Of a stretch of 64,000 bases of DNA, positions 1 through 14,116 are shown piece by piece. The notes under the pieces are model-generated. The model did no database searches, had not been told where the DNA came from, and was given only the letters and a program-made list of their open reading frames with translations. The stretch is from Chrysomallon squamiferum (Eukaryota; Animalia; Mollusca): contig CM022673.1 of assembly GCA_012295275.1 (NCBI GenBank), positions 8,990,001-9,054,000 of the forward strand, given 5' to 3'. The translations under genes and the position numbers were made by a program. Numbering within the stretch: the first letter of the stretch is position 1; every line of letters begins with the position of its first letter.

Positions 1-658
1 ATACCCTAATAGGGCCTCGGTCGAGTTATGCAAAGATTTTACAGCCATATTTAGATGTACTGTTTTCTGTGTTTCTTTAACTTATCAAATTGGTCCTAAC
101 TTATTTATTATACGACAGATTGCTACTTAGGTTATACGTACTTGTAGAATCTGCTAGTAGCTATTTGTTTTACTTATTATATTTTATATTGTTGTACTAT
201 TAAGACACAGTTTTGGAAAATGTCGGTAACATATTTATTATTTACGTAAGTAGCGTATTTTAATACAGTCTAACATTTCCTGTATGTATCATTAAAGCAA
301 GTAAATATGTAACCCATTCATTTCTACAAATATTCCTAACACGTATCAATTAATTAAATATCTACTGTTGGCTAACAATAATCCAGTTAATTATATAGAC
401 CAATTATATAGCTTATACGTTGTATATATACAAATATATGTTACATCAACCCTCACTAAATGCGCAATCCCTACACAAGAAACGAGCCATATTTTAAGTC
501 ACACTAATTTTCAATTAGTTGTAATGTCATGAATATATGTTAATTACATTATATTATATTATGTTGCTATATTATGTTATATTATATTATACAATGTTTG
601 TTATGTCATATATTATCACTTTATGCCATAATATATTTTATATTATGTCATCTGCGAG

Positions 659-711
<53 letters not shown>

Positions 712-2120
712 TATGTAGTAGTTATTACTACTTTATTGTTAGAAAAGATTGATCACCTTAATTTAGTTTGAGTTGTCTTTAGAAATGCACGCACACGCAT
801 GGCCACACATACAATTACCTACCTTGCGATTTTACTTTGACATCTTTTTTTATTTGCAGATAACTGCCTTGATGAGTTTGTCTATATTTTTATTTCACCA
901 ACACATTTTAGCACTAGTCAGACAGGGTAATATATAATTATTGTGATGGGTCAAAATTCGAGATGTAACAGATGTCATGACTTTTGATTTGAAGGGGTAG
1001 AATGGCAGCCATCAGATATTATGCAACAATATTTCATTTTTATAATTTATATAAATAATAATTTAAAAAAAAAATAAAATAAAAATAAAAATTCTTAACA
1101 CAGTACAACCCAAACTAGATATAAGAGTATTTTCAGACATTTTCTATTCGAACAAAAATACAACACTTTCAATTTTTACAGCAAAATGTTTTCATTTACT
1201 TTTAGTTTATCACATGCTTATAACAGAAAGCAAAATTATTAATATGCATCATTCAGTAATACATATACAAAGAAAGAAGTGATACAGATATTCCTGTTTA
1301 ATTACTTATCTTGAACTTAAAAAAAGATTTCATAAATGCCCCATTTTTTTCTTCTGAACCAGACATACAGTAAAAAAAAATGGGATGTACCTATATAATA
1401 ATTGAATGTGTGAGTGTGCGTGTATTTTAGTAATGCAGGTGTATGCATCCGTGTATGTCCCAATGTATGTACAAATGTATTATATTTGTGTACATATATG
1501 AAATTACAAATATAACATTATCTGTATATGTTTTGAAAACTATGGAGCTTAAGTCTCTTAGGCTCTGGAAAAAAAAAAGAAAAAAAAAAAGGTACAAAAG
1601 TTAATGCTTCACAAAAAGAAAGAAAAACAAAAACCAGATAAAAAGGATTTTTCTCTTTCTGTAAAATCGGTAATATATCTTTTATTTTCTAGCTTATGAG
1701 AATGATTAGAAAAAAAAAAAAAAAAAAAAAAATGAAATAAAATGAATAAATAAAAATCATACAAAATTTACCAACATTGTTATACTGTAAAGAAATATAA
1801 ACAGTAGAAGCTTTGGAATCAAGTGATCAGTCAGCAAATAAAGTGAAGAAAGAAAAAAACTGAAACATAAAACTAGCTCAAAATCTGATTCAACTTTACA
1901 CCAGAAATCTAAATTATCCAGTGAATATACATTAAAATTAATCAAAACTATGACAAAATATTTTATAAAATTACCTTCTAAGACACATGAAATCATAGAT
2001 AAACCATCACTACGATTCATAAAAATAGTGTAGATGATGAAATGTAAAATGTAAATTTTGGCCAAAACAGCAGAATAAATACTGAATTTTTAATTATTTT
2101 TTTATAGAAGCTGTATCTAA

Positions 2121-2180
<60 letters not shown>

Positions 2181-3131
2181 TAATAATAAATAAATAAATA
2201 AATACATTAAGAGGACAGTAGCAGTAGTAGAAGTAGCAATAATAATGAAACATTAAACCTAGGAAGGTATGCTATTTTTTAAAGTTTACTGCAGTATGTG
2301 TTTATTATTATTATTATTATAAAACGACAAAACCAGTTATAATAGAATTTGCTAATTAATCAAATTTCCATATCAACATATTTATTAAAAGAAATTAAAC
2401 ATGCCATTTAATTAGATCTAACAACATTTTTTGCAGACCAGAAGACAAAAATACAATTTCTAGTAAAGTTAATGAAAGCCTGATTAAATATGATAATTAT
2501 TCACAAAATCATTGTCACTAAACTGATAATTAAGAATAATTTTTTTTTTTCTCTCATGACAAAAATTTAAAAAGATGAAATTTTGACAAACAAAACATTA
2601 CACAGAACAGGTAACAATAACAAAAGCAAATAAATTTCTGAAATACATTTTCGTCAAACGAAATGAAAAATATATAATAAAGCTACTGCAATAAGTATAT
2701 TTCTTATTTTTGTTTTCAAAAAACAGTAATTTAGATGAACTGTAAAATACTCCTAATCATGGTCCCATCTGATAATACTTTAAAAATTCCAAAAATACAA
2801 CAGCAATTAATTTGGAATGTTCCATCACAACCACAGAAAATTTAAATATTATGCTCATAATTTATACACATACTTAGCAAATTTTAATCAGAATTATTTC
2901 TATTTCCTGAAAAACTGAATAATTAAAAATAGATAAATATCAAGAATTAATAGGACAGGACAGAATGGCAGAGATTTGAATATGATCTATGCAACATTGT
3001 AATTTAATTGCCTTTGGAATCCATAATCTTGAATTAATACAGAATAAATTAAAAACTAAATTTATAAGTTTTACCTAAAAGAAAGAAATGATACTTCTAT
3101 TTTTACAATATCTGGGTAGACAATAATTGTC

Positions 3132-3196
<65 letters not shown>

Positions 3197-4113
3197 TGCT
3201 CATTCAGGTACATCTGTGAAATTAGTGTAAATTATGTTTCTTTTTTCTTTCTTCCTTTATTTATTTACTTTTTTATTTATTTTTTTTTTTATTTTTTATC
3301 ATTTTTTTTGGTAATTTCAGATTTTATACAGACTATAATGGCAAATTAGTATGAAATGAATAGATAATGCCATTAAATTTGATATTGGTCCAGTGTAAAC
3401 AAAAACAATTTAAAAGGTACAATTAGTAATTAATAAATATGGAATACATGGAATTTCTGTCATTATTATAAACAAAAATAAAAATTAAATATCTCACTGG
3501 AAATTTTTTTTTAAATTCAGAAAATGAATTTGTTAATACAAACATTTACAATACTGACATGCAAGTAAATGAAAAAAAAAATAAAAATAAAAAAACATTT
3601 ATAAATGTACAAGAAAGTTATTTAAAGATACCTAATCCATTATAATGAACATAACTGAAAAACTAGAAATAATAACGCAAAAACAATTATAAAATTCATG
3701 AAAGTTACAATAATATAGTATAAAAACCAAGTACATACCAATACACAGACATTATATGGGGATTAAAAATATCATCTACCCACTGATTCCTCACCAATGA
3801 CAAATACAATATTTCATATTGATATCTGTAAGACATATCATAGTAGAATCTCTTTTTTTTCTCTTTCTAAAGAACACAGAAACAAACAGATCGAGAAAAC
3901 AAAAATATTGAAATGTAAAATGGCCATGACAATAATAAATACAAGTAATATGTAAAGAGTTTTCTCAACACCAGTTAAATTCAGTGATCAATTTAACAGC
4001 CATATCAATGAAAACTAAGTGAAAAGGGTTTTGCTAGGCACCATAAAATTTTAAAACCTGAGATATACCAATATCAAAAGAACTATACAAAGCTATCCTT
4101 CAGTGAAAATGTG

Positions 4114-4144
<31 letters not shown>

Positions 4145-5425
4145 GGAGAGGGAGAGGGAGAGGGAGAGGGAGAGGGGAGAGACACTGACTGACCAACCAT
4201 TAGACAGCAGTATTAAGGATTATTATAGTTTGAGTTTTGTTTGGGATTTTCTTTTTTTTTTTTTTAGATAAAAGATAACACTGGTCAAAACCAAATCCCT
4301 TGAAAATAACATAGACTCATTCTTGAGAAAAATGAAAATATTTGAGGCGTAACTGTTTTCTGTATTCTGCTTATTTCTACGTATATAAAATTTAAGCTAA
4401 GGAGGCAAACATGTATGCAAAAGCGGAATGTTTATGGCATTAGCATCATTTATGCTTTAACATGTAAAAAAAATGAGAAAAATTCATGATGAGGGACAAA
4501 AATAAAACAGTACAAAACAGATCTAGCCGAATTAAAAACTAAAATAAATAATTAAAAAAGAGGTTGAAGCAACAGACACAAATACATGTAATAAATTTAA
4601 AATTCTGGGATATCTAGAAACATTAACAAAGATGACATATATACATTTTTAACTATTATTCAACAATTGCTCTAGAATTCTTATTAACTGTTTTAACCAA
4701 TTTGAAATGTGTTTGGTCAAAAAATAACAATATCTAGATGTTATTTTACTTAACTAAAAATAAGAGATGTTTTGAGATAACAAAAATAAAAAGAGTATTG
4801 ACATACTTTTAATTCTAGAGCATAAATAAATAAATAAAAATGTATAAATAATAAAAAAAGCTTCCCATTACATCAGAAATCTTATGCTGTTTTCTGTAAT
4901 AAATACATTACTTAAGATATATGAATAATTAATACTCATTCAAAAATAAACAAATACTGTAGCATCATGAAAACTAACAGTATTTCAGATATACTGATCT
5001 ATTCCTTAACCTCTGTGTATCTAGATATCCTTGATAGTCATTACCTGTGTATTATTTTCAAGTTATTACCTTTAAAACACATCTAGAACATTTAAACTCG
5101 ACACAGCTGAGCTGAGCTGATGCCATGCCAGTAATAAAATGGACAATATAAACCAGCCTAAATGTAATTATGAGATAAATACTTATTTTAACTTTTAATA
5201 CTATAAAGCAGATGAATAACAAGACTTATAATGCACTTCAACATCTGGGGTGGGTTGTCGTTTTTTAAAACAAATTTTGAGTATTTACAAAATCTCATGA
5301 ATTTTAAAACAGTGTAAAATAATATATTGGTATGTTAATCACCATCAAGATTATGTTTTAAAAACTTCATATTAAATAGCCTAACTTCCGTATAAAGTAA
5401 TGACTTGAAACCTCAACTTCTATTT

Positions 5426-5660
5426 GAGGTTATATTTCAAAATTCTGTAACTCCAGATAAAATATTTTCTTGAAACTGCAACCACCATTAAAGGTTATAT
5501 TTCAAAATATTGTAATATCCAGATAAAATATTGTGCTGAAACTGAAACCATCATTCCAGATTATATTTCAGAATACTGAACGACCAAATAAAATAATATC
5601 ATTGAATCTAAACTACCATTCAAGATTATATATCAAAATATAATTACTCCATGTAAAATA
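5426..5660. repeat. Degenerate ~65-bp minisatellite, about 4 copies
   Basis: Recurrent (g/a)ttatatttcaaaat...ccagataaaatat...gaaactg...accatt units. Confidence 0.75.
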
Positions 5661-5859
5661 AACTGGCCTAAGCACCACTATGAAGAAAATGTAAACTGAG
5701 AGAATAATCAGTAACAATATCATGCTAAGTATTCTCTACAAACTATATATTGTTGTGTATCAGTACACAGTACAGTAAACCTAGGTTACATACTAATATA
5801 AGAAACCTTAATGTAGTTTATTAACAACTGAAATATAAATAATTATAAAAATGATAGAC

Positions 5860-5915
<56 letters not shown>

Positions 5916-6133
5916 CATAACCACAACACTTAAAATAATATCTAAAAACAAGATCCTGATTTATGAAACAAAGTTTCTACAGAGATTTCAATATCAACAA
6001 CATACAGCACAGTGAGGGCTGTAACTTTTTTTTTTTTTTTTTTTAAGATCCTGATGACTGAGAAATCAGCTAAATAATTAACATAGATTTCCAGGCATGT
6101 TTTATAGTATTAACTGGGCTCTTAGTTACATCC

Positions 6134-6201
6134 TCACTCTGTGTAGGTCATGGCTGTTCCGTATCCAAATCCTTTGGGTCCGAAATTTTTTCCATAGCAG
6201 G
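6134..6201 (-). CDS. CSRP: LIM gene terminal coding exon (CYGKNFGPKGFGYGTAMTYTE*)
   Basis: acag acceptor, TGA at 6136-6134. Confidence 0.92.
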
Positions 6202-9200
6202 CTGTAATGAAATGAAAGAAAAATTCAGATTTAACTGAAGAAAACAAATAATGTGAATACATCAAGTATATTTTAAAGTAAATGTTATAATTATTTTATT
6301 CTGGATACACATTTTCTAATAAGGTTCAATAGTTTTGTTACAGCCAGCTATAACTGAAAGAAAATACAGATTTAACTAAAGAACGCAAATAATTTAAATA
6401 TGTTTACATTTTAGCATTTAGAAAAAAAAATCAAGAAAAAAAAAATTGGTTTCCATAATAATGATACTGCTAACATGCTTTTCAACTGTTATTTGTATAA
6501 TATATTAAATACAAATTCAGTACTTAAAAAACAAAGAATTATAGCATGGAAACTTGTTGCAACAATTAACAATAAAATAATGAAATGTTAATTGTCAGTG
6601 TTTTCCATTCTCTGGGAAGATGCATATAAAAGCTTGCTGGTAACATTATCATTATACTTAGTTTGGAATGAGTGCTAAGTATTTACCACTTATGATGATT
6701 ATGATGATTATACAGTAACAACATTTACAACACCTAATAACTATAAAATAAGGTGTCATTAAACAAATATTAAGTAATTAATTCAGCAGTTTTACCTTTA
6801 CAGAAAATCTGCCCTTCTTTCTCTGACATTGTGCTGGAATCTAGTCCCTTGTTACAAATAGTACACTTGAAACACACTTTGTGCCACGTCTGTAGAATCA
6901 TATAAATTAATATTATTTATTATGTTTTAAATCAAAAAAATAACAACAACAACAATAAAATAAATTAAATAGTTAATTATTAAAATAATAATAAAAAAAA
7001 TAAAAAATAAAAAATAAAAAATAAAATAAAATAAAATAAAATAAAATAAAATAAAATAAAATAAAATAAAATAAAATAAAATAAAATAAAATAAAATAAA
7101 ATAATAAAAATAAAAATAAAAATAAAATAAACTACTACTACTAATAATAATATCAAAGAAATTAAGATATCACAAATATTAATGGTAACAGAACATCACC
7201 AAAAACACTATTAGTCCTTATCACTTATATTTAATGGTAACAAAGGGAAGCAACCTGTCTTTTCTGAGTTTGTCTTTTGTTTGGAGTTATGAGGCTCACC
7301 ATGTTGCAAAATAAGTCCTCTTCTATAAGCAAAAAGCTTATCTTGAGATGATTTATTTTGTGAATTTAAAATAAATTTAATTCAGTATATTATTTTACAT
7401 TGTTAATATTAATATTGTGCTTTTGAAAATCGTGATTTTTTTATTTTGGACAACTTTCCCCTCTTTTAGTCCATTAAACGGAGGGTTGCACATAAACATT
7501 ATCAGACAGTCACAAATATATTTACCTGTCCACCTCCAATTATCCTCTCAGCGAAGTAGACCTTACCCCCACAGCGAGGACAAATGTCGGCTCCACCCTC
7601 ACTCCGGTTATTTTTCATACTTCCCTTCAACAGTGGGGCTGCTTGTGCTTCAGCCAAATGAGAAACATTTCTGGAAAATATAAATTTAAGACTTAATAAA
7701 CATTTGTATAAGAATTTTCTGTGAAACATTATTTTATATAAAGAAAAAAAATGTGTAATATCGCTCCATACTTCATTAACTATCATTATACGGTTTTGAT
7801 TTAAAAACAATTTTTTTTTTTTAATTTTAATCATAGTGACTTGTCAGAAGAAAACCATCGATATCATTAAACTGATAATTCAAAGAAAAGCCAAGTGAAA
7901 TCTTTCATGACATTACACAGCTGATGTATGCAGACATAAAGATAAACTTTGATATAGTGAGTCACTGGTATATGTCATCAATGTGTATCATGAAAACACT
8001 GTGTTTAAACAGGAATTAATGTAAATGTAAACACACATACTTTACATAATGACAAATATACTGTAGTTTATTTACAAAAAATAAAAAATATGTAACAAAT
8101 AACTTACAGTACAAAATAAATAATAAAAATAAATATACAAAAAGAAAAAAATAAAAATAAAAGAGGAATACTATCATGTCATTCACACACTGCTTACATT
8201 TGTCCAAACTGACATTACTGAGAAACAGAATGGATATTAACTGAAATGCTGTCCCTTATTTGTCAATAATATATAAGTGAAACATGGTAGGACTCTATGC
8301 AATTATGTAAGGAGAACTTACTCATTAGTTACTACATATGGTTTTCCAGTGTCCATAGACAAGCCAGATGCTCCACCAGCAAATCCATAACCTTTTGGTC
8401 CAAAATTCTTTGCATAGCAAGCTGGAATTAAACCAAATGTTATTTCATGTTTTTATTCTCACACAACTTTGTCTACACTGGGTATGTATCATTGCAAATA
8501 ATTCTAATATAAATCTTACAAATAATCCCACCCAACACCACTATAATTCATTTTATAATATATTTATAAATAATATATTTTAATTTTTTTTATGGCTTTG
8601 ATAATCTGCTAATATTTTAAGCTTTCCAAAAAATTTGTTTTAATATATATATATATATAAACATATAAAATGTTTCCTATAATTTTAGAATAATATATTA
8701 CTTTTAACTTTTACCATTTAATAATAAGTTCTATTTACTATTTTTACCTTTACAGAAAAGCTGGTTTTCATGGACAGTCATTGTAACAGAATCAAGTGTC
8801 TTCTTACACATGTTACAGCGAAAACAAGCTCTGTGGTAAGTCTAAAAAATAAAATTAATTTAAATATGCATACATACAAATTTACTTATACCCCAAAAAT
8901 CAATTAACAAGTTAATATTAGAACTTGAGAAAATCAGTATTACATATCTTTACACACAGATGAATGTACTTTACATCTATCCAACCCTTTCAAAAAAGAA
9001 ATATTAGTTGCAGCATAAACAAGGAAATTTTACATTCTGGATATTTTCCGTAACAGTTACTATGTGGTCAAAGGTATATGTGCATTCAACATTAGAAATG
9101 GAACAAATGGAATTGCAAAATACAAATATTTAAAAAAAAATTGATATGGCTTCTATAATTGCTACAGATAAGAACTGGGTTGTTTGTAATAATAACAACA

Positions 9201-11271
9201 GAACTAATTTAATATACAAAAGTCTAAAATAGTGTCCATCAGATGATATATATGTATTATTTTATTTTTTTGAAAAGAACCAGGTACCTTGCCAGCACCA
9301 ATAATTTTCTCAGCAAAATACACTGCTCGATTACAAACTGGGCACTGCTCACCCCCTCCTAGTTTACTTGCAGGGTCGTGTCTACCAGTGCCTGTGCCTG
9401 TGCAAAGTGGGAGACATTTCTGAAAGTGTGATAAAAAATATTTTATTATATGGATATGGAAGTGAAAAATAAAATGCTGTGAAGGTAGGAAAAAAAAAAA
9501 AAAAAAAAAAAAAAGAAGATAAAAATAGTAATTAAAATATAAAATAAATAATAAAATAACATAAATAATAACAATCAGTTCTATTCAAAGGACTGACATA
9601 TCATAGGAGTGACATAACAAAGGAGTGAAACCTCAGATATAAATTTCAAAGGAGTGACAACCATTCAACCATCCAATAATTTAACAAAGAAGAAGAAAGA
9701 ACAAATCCAGAGGAGTCTCGTACTTTGTCACTCCTTCAATACAGGCTTATAATAATACCAAAAAGTTAAATTAACAAGAATTCTAACATATATAATAATG
9801 ATCCTTTAACAAAATCTAAGAAATAAAAAAGAATAAAAGATATTTCAATTTTATGACAGTGATCTCACATTTTCATCATTTTTTTTCTTTCAATATTTAA
9901 CAAAGTTTACAAACTGAAGAAAAATCAAAAATAAATAAAAATGGTGTTCATCTTGATTAGATAAATATGAAAGATATATATACATATATATATATTGTGT
10001 ACATATGTCAAATTTTAAAATGTCAAAAGACTTTTGTAAATCATTCATTACTCAACATTTTCCAAATACATTCCTAACAGATTAAGTTAATTACATCACA
10101 CATTTTTCATCATTCCTTTACTAATATACTTTTGTAGGAAGAATGTTAGCAATGAATTAATAATCTGGATGTTTTGTGGGGTTTTTCTGACATTAGCATA
10201 CCAGTCACTAAAATATAAAGTTGAAATAGTTAAAGCTGGTCATTAAACCTTTTTCTTAGTACAGCAAATACTTATATTTGAGAAAAGAATATCAGTTAAA
10301 TTGAAAATTTTAATAATGATGTATATTTCTGCTTTATTAGTTTAATATTTTTCTTTTATTTGTTGATTATATATAAAATAAAATAAAATAAAATAAAATA
10401 AAATAAAATAAAATAAAATAAATAAATAAATTAATAAAATCAAATAAATAAATAAATAAAATAATAAAAAGATTATCAAAATAATATTATTTCCTAAAAT
10501 AATAAAAAAATGATTTATGAACCAAAATAAACGAATATGCCTGAAATTGAACAAGTGTTTTCTAATTCAGTGAAATTATTTTAAAATATAAAAAAATAAA
10601 AAATTCTGAGACTGATTGATTTAATTATTTTTTAAAATGATAAATAAATAAATAAATAAATAAAAATTTTAAAATTTAAAAAAAAAATTAATGACATACT
10701 CCCGAGTTTTTTGACTCCCATCTCCAGTATCCATTGACAACCCTGCACCACCAGCACCAAAACCATAGCCCTTGGGACCAAAGTTTTTAACATGACAAGC
10801 TCGACAGTAAAGTTTATCTTCATGGTCATTCACTGTAGTGCTGTCAAGAAGTTTATTACATTTGGCTGAAATGAAATCAGCAGTATTTAATGAAATTTAA
10901 GTGCATCAGTAAGTAATATTTTATAAAATTGAATATGCTTTAGATATTTTTAATAATATCAGTAACAACATAAAAACTGCATCTGTGTATATAAAATTCT
11001 GAATATGACATGTAAATCAATAATTTATTCTGACACTGTATATATACATATAAAAGATATAAAAATAAAGCAGATAATGACATCTATATTTATCATCATT
11101 TTATATTTATTGACTAACTTTAACACAGATGCACATCTCTCTAAATACATTACTTACATACATATACATGTGTGTGTGCATGTGTAATATATACATTTAT
11201 GTCAATACATATTATTTAAGATACATATTCATATATTACATGTTTGTGTGGGTGTGGGTGTGTGTAATTTC

Positions 11272-11332
<61 letters not shown>

Positions 11333-11377
11333 TGTATATACACACACACATTCTTATATGTATGATGCCTACATGTT

Positions 11378-11424
<47 letters not shown>

Positions 11425-11454
11425 ACAAGATGAAATAACTACTACTTTTCATTA

Positions 11455-11485
<31 letters not shown>

Positions 11486-11628
11486 TTTAAAGAATCAGAT
11501 GTTTTAAACTTACTACATTTAACACAAAGTTTGTGAAACTTTTTCCCCAGGATTCTTATTTCCTCTGCAAAATACACAGGCTTGTTGCAATGGGGGCACA
11601 AATCAGCCCCACCCAAAACTGGAGGCAT
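6134..11628 (-). CDS. CSRP: Cysteine- and glycine-rich protein / muscle LIM protein family member with three LIM domains (8 coding exons, ~304 aa if the exon-3 frameshift is corrected)
   Basis: Manual splicing with GT-AG boundaries: 11628-11514, 10865-10700, 9419-9288, 8841-8748, 8421-8322, 7670-7526, 6889-6796, 6201-6134(TGA). Three CxxC..HxxCxxCxxC..CxxC LIM domains, each followed by the CRP signature NFGPKG(Y/F)G(F/Y). All phases fit except exon 3, which is off by 1 nt. Confidence 0.93.
6796..6889 (-). CDS. CSRP: LIM gene coding exon 7 (TWHKVCFKCTICNKGLDSSTMSEKEGQIFCK)
   Basis: 94-nt exon, GT-AG, LIM core. Confidence 0.92.
6985..7130. repeat. (TAAAA)n microsatellite
   Basis: Directly visible pentamer run. 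Confidence 0.9.
7526..7670 (-). CDS. CSRP: LIM gene coding exon 6 (NVSHLAEAQAAPLL...GGADICPRCGGKVYFAERIIGGGQ)
   Basis: Within ORF 7502..7834; GT-AG; first half of LIM3. Confidence 0.92.
8322..8421 (-). CDS. CSRP: LIM gene coding exon 5 (CYAKNFGPKGYGFAGGASGLSMDTGKPYVVTN)
   Basis: GT-AG, CRP glycine-rich motif. Confidence 0.92.
8748..8841 (-). CDS. CSRP: LIM gene coding exon 4 (TYHRACFRCNMCKKTLDSVTMTVHENQLFCK)
   Basis: 94-nt exon, GT-AG, LIM core. Confidence 0.92.
9288..9419 (-). CDS. CSRP: LIM gene coding exon 3 (linker plus first half of LIM2; frameshifted as assembled)
   Basis: NVSHFAQAQA in the incoming frame, then PASKLGGGEQCPVCNRAVYFAEKIIGAGK in another frame. Confidence 0.85.
10700..10865 (-). 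CDS. CSRP: LIM gene coding exon 2 (KCNKLLDSTTVNDHEDKLYCRACHVKNFGPKGYGFGAGGAGLSMDTG...)
   Basis: ttcag acceptor, GTATGT donor, second half of LIM1 plus Gly-rich repeat. Confidence 0.92.
11514..11628 (-). CDS. CSRP: LIM gene coding exon 1 (MPPVLGGADLCPHCNKPVYFAEEIRILGKKFHKLCVKC)
   Basis: ATG at 11628, acceptor AG just upstream (exon starts 11634), donor GTAAGT. Confidence 0.92.
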
Positions 11629-14116
11629 TGTAACCTTTTAATAAAAATATTAGCATAAAATTTTGAGAATCATTAATAATATAACTTAATTATTTCCAGT
11701 TAATAATGCATAAACATTTTATAAAAAAAAAAAATTACACAAGTTTTTATCTTGTAAAATGTGTTTTAAGAATACAGTTATGATAAATTATTTTTCCAGC
11801 TTCTAAGAACATTAAATATTACGATTTTCTAGTAATCATGAAATATATATATATATATATATATCTAATCCTACTACAGAACACAGTGTGTTCATCATTA
11901 TAGTATGGAGAAAATGGTATAAAATATTATATAATGACCAATTAGCAGTGTTAACAAAGTTTCAGCTGGCGTGTGTGTTCACTGCTATTTTATGTTTGGA
12001 AAAGTCAAAACTAATTATGCTATTTATTTTTGGAGGGGGGGTTTGTTTGTTTATTTGTTGTTGTATTCTTGTTTCTTGTTTCTTTTCTTTTTTTTTTTTT
12101 ATTTTGTCAATTTTAATTTCTGATTTATAAATTTTTTGACACCTTTTTGAAATAAAACATCACTGAATGCAAGCAAAACCTATAAAACGCTAAGTTATAT
12201 ACTACTAATTTACGTATTCTGATGTGACTGACCAATCTGAATCTCATTTAAGTAACTGATTATAGTAATTATTAATTACAGATATCGGTAGTTACCTTTA
12301 TTACTAATGAAAACGAAAAACAAGCCGAGTTCGAAGTCGGGGAAATCAAATAAACCATAAAAGAATAATAATAAAGTGATACAGTACTTAATACTTACGT
12401 ACACGATCAAAAACCGGCGACATACAGGTAAAATGTCTGACGATAATTTATTACCGTTCTGTTATATTATAATAATTTGCATGAATAATTAATATGACGT
12501 GCCGATCCTAAGCTTTTGTTATACGAGTAACAATGTCGCATATTTCACGCTCTTTTGCACACGCCCTTCCGGTTGATATGAAATAAAATTTAAACTACCC
12601 CCCTCCTTCTGTATTTGTGCCGTAAAAAGATCCCAGAAATAACAGCCTGAGCCTGTTTCACTTGCCACTTACCAGATGTTTACCTGATTCGAAATAAATA
12701 GATCCGTTGACACGCAAATAAGTAACAGGAAAGCGCGAAACAGTAGTACAAATTCTTCGTCTGTTACGTCAACGGTGTTATGTCAAAAGTGAAAAAAGAT
12801 ATAGGACCCTGAACCCAATAGTTCAGGCGTGTTCGTACGAATACTATTGTCAACCGCGTAAAAGCTGCATTCAAAACCTTGGCTGAAAATGTGTCACGCT
12901 AATCGTAACAAGCTGCTGGTATTTTCCCGCCTCTCAGCGATTTCCTAAGCGCAACTTTAAACGGTAATGTAAATAATACTTTAACGCCTGACCGAAATTA
13001 AGATGCTTCCGAATTAACAGTTGTTTTATTTATTTTGTTTTTATTTATTTATTATTTTAAATTCTTTCTTCTTTTTCAAATATTATTATTTTTTTTTTTG
13101 TTATTTTCCTTTTAGTCAAAAAAAATAAAAAAATAAAAATAAATAAATAGATAAATAAATAAATAAATAAAAAATAAAAACAAAATAAAATAAATAAATA
13201 AATAGAAAATTAAACAAAACAAAACAAATGAAATGGGAAAGTATTGAATAATATTATATTTTAAGGAAGAAACCAAGAAAGACGTTTAAAACCACAGATA
13301 AAATACGTAGTTGTTTTGTTGTGATTTCTTTTCTTTCTTGATTTTTTCTTTTTTCTTTTTAGGTGAATGTTAGCCGAATACATACGATTTAATGCTTTCG
13401 TGTGTTTGAAAGTTTATATAGGCATACGTATTCATAAATAAATTAAATATCCCGATATACTGATATATAATTAACTTACTTTAATCATAACTTATAACTT
13501 TAGGTAGTTAGGGTATAAAAGTACCCATTTAGCCAGAACTGTCAAGGAAAAGAAATAACATTCGCTAATTAAATGAGATACTAGTTAAAGAACAGACAGA
13601 ACTGTTTGTAAACTGTTTCGATTTGAAGATGCACATATAATTAATGAAATATGCGCCCTAAATTATTATGTATCACCTTTCCTGTAATGAATGCTTTCCA
13701 TTCAAAGTAGTTAGTTAATTAATTCACTCTTTTTACTGCCAATAATTATGTGGCGTTTTTTTTCTTCTTTTTTTTTCACCGTAGTTATGATAATAGTTAT
13801 AAAAAGAAATTTATTCATTAATACAGATGAATTTTTTCCAGTATCATTGTCATCATCATCACAATAATAAAGTATCAATAAAATAATAAAAATAATAATA
13901 AGTAACTAGATAAAAAGCATGAACAAATAAACAATATATAAATAAATAAAAATAAATTGCCGCAACTGAACTCAGAGTTGAATGTTTGAACGCTATAGAA
14001 TTCAGCAAGCGCATCATTTAGCGGTGTTTGGTACAGTGCGACTTTTTCGGGAAATATCAAGTTGGATATTGCTTACGCTTTTAATTTGTTTTGTAGTATT
14101 GGTTTGACTGTTTAAC

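Noticed and set aside
537-771. ORFs with ERERER/REREREE runs (also 11229-11433, 44618-45139, 56274-56849, 59093-59788, 61068-61394)
   Set aside because: Translations of (AG)n, (CA)n, (TAT)n and (CATA)n microsatellites or of the N gap; no coding signal
13020-13230. T-rich then A-rich quasi-palindrome between the two promoters
   Set aside because: Low-complexity (TTTA)n/(AAAT)n; the pairing is explainable by composition
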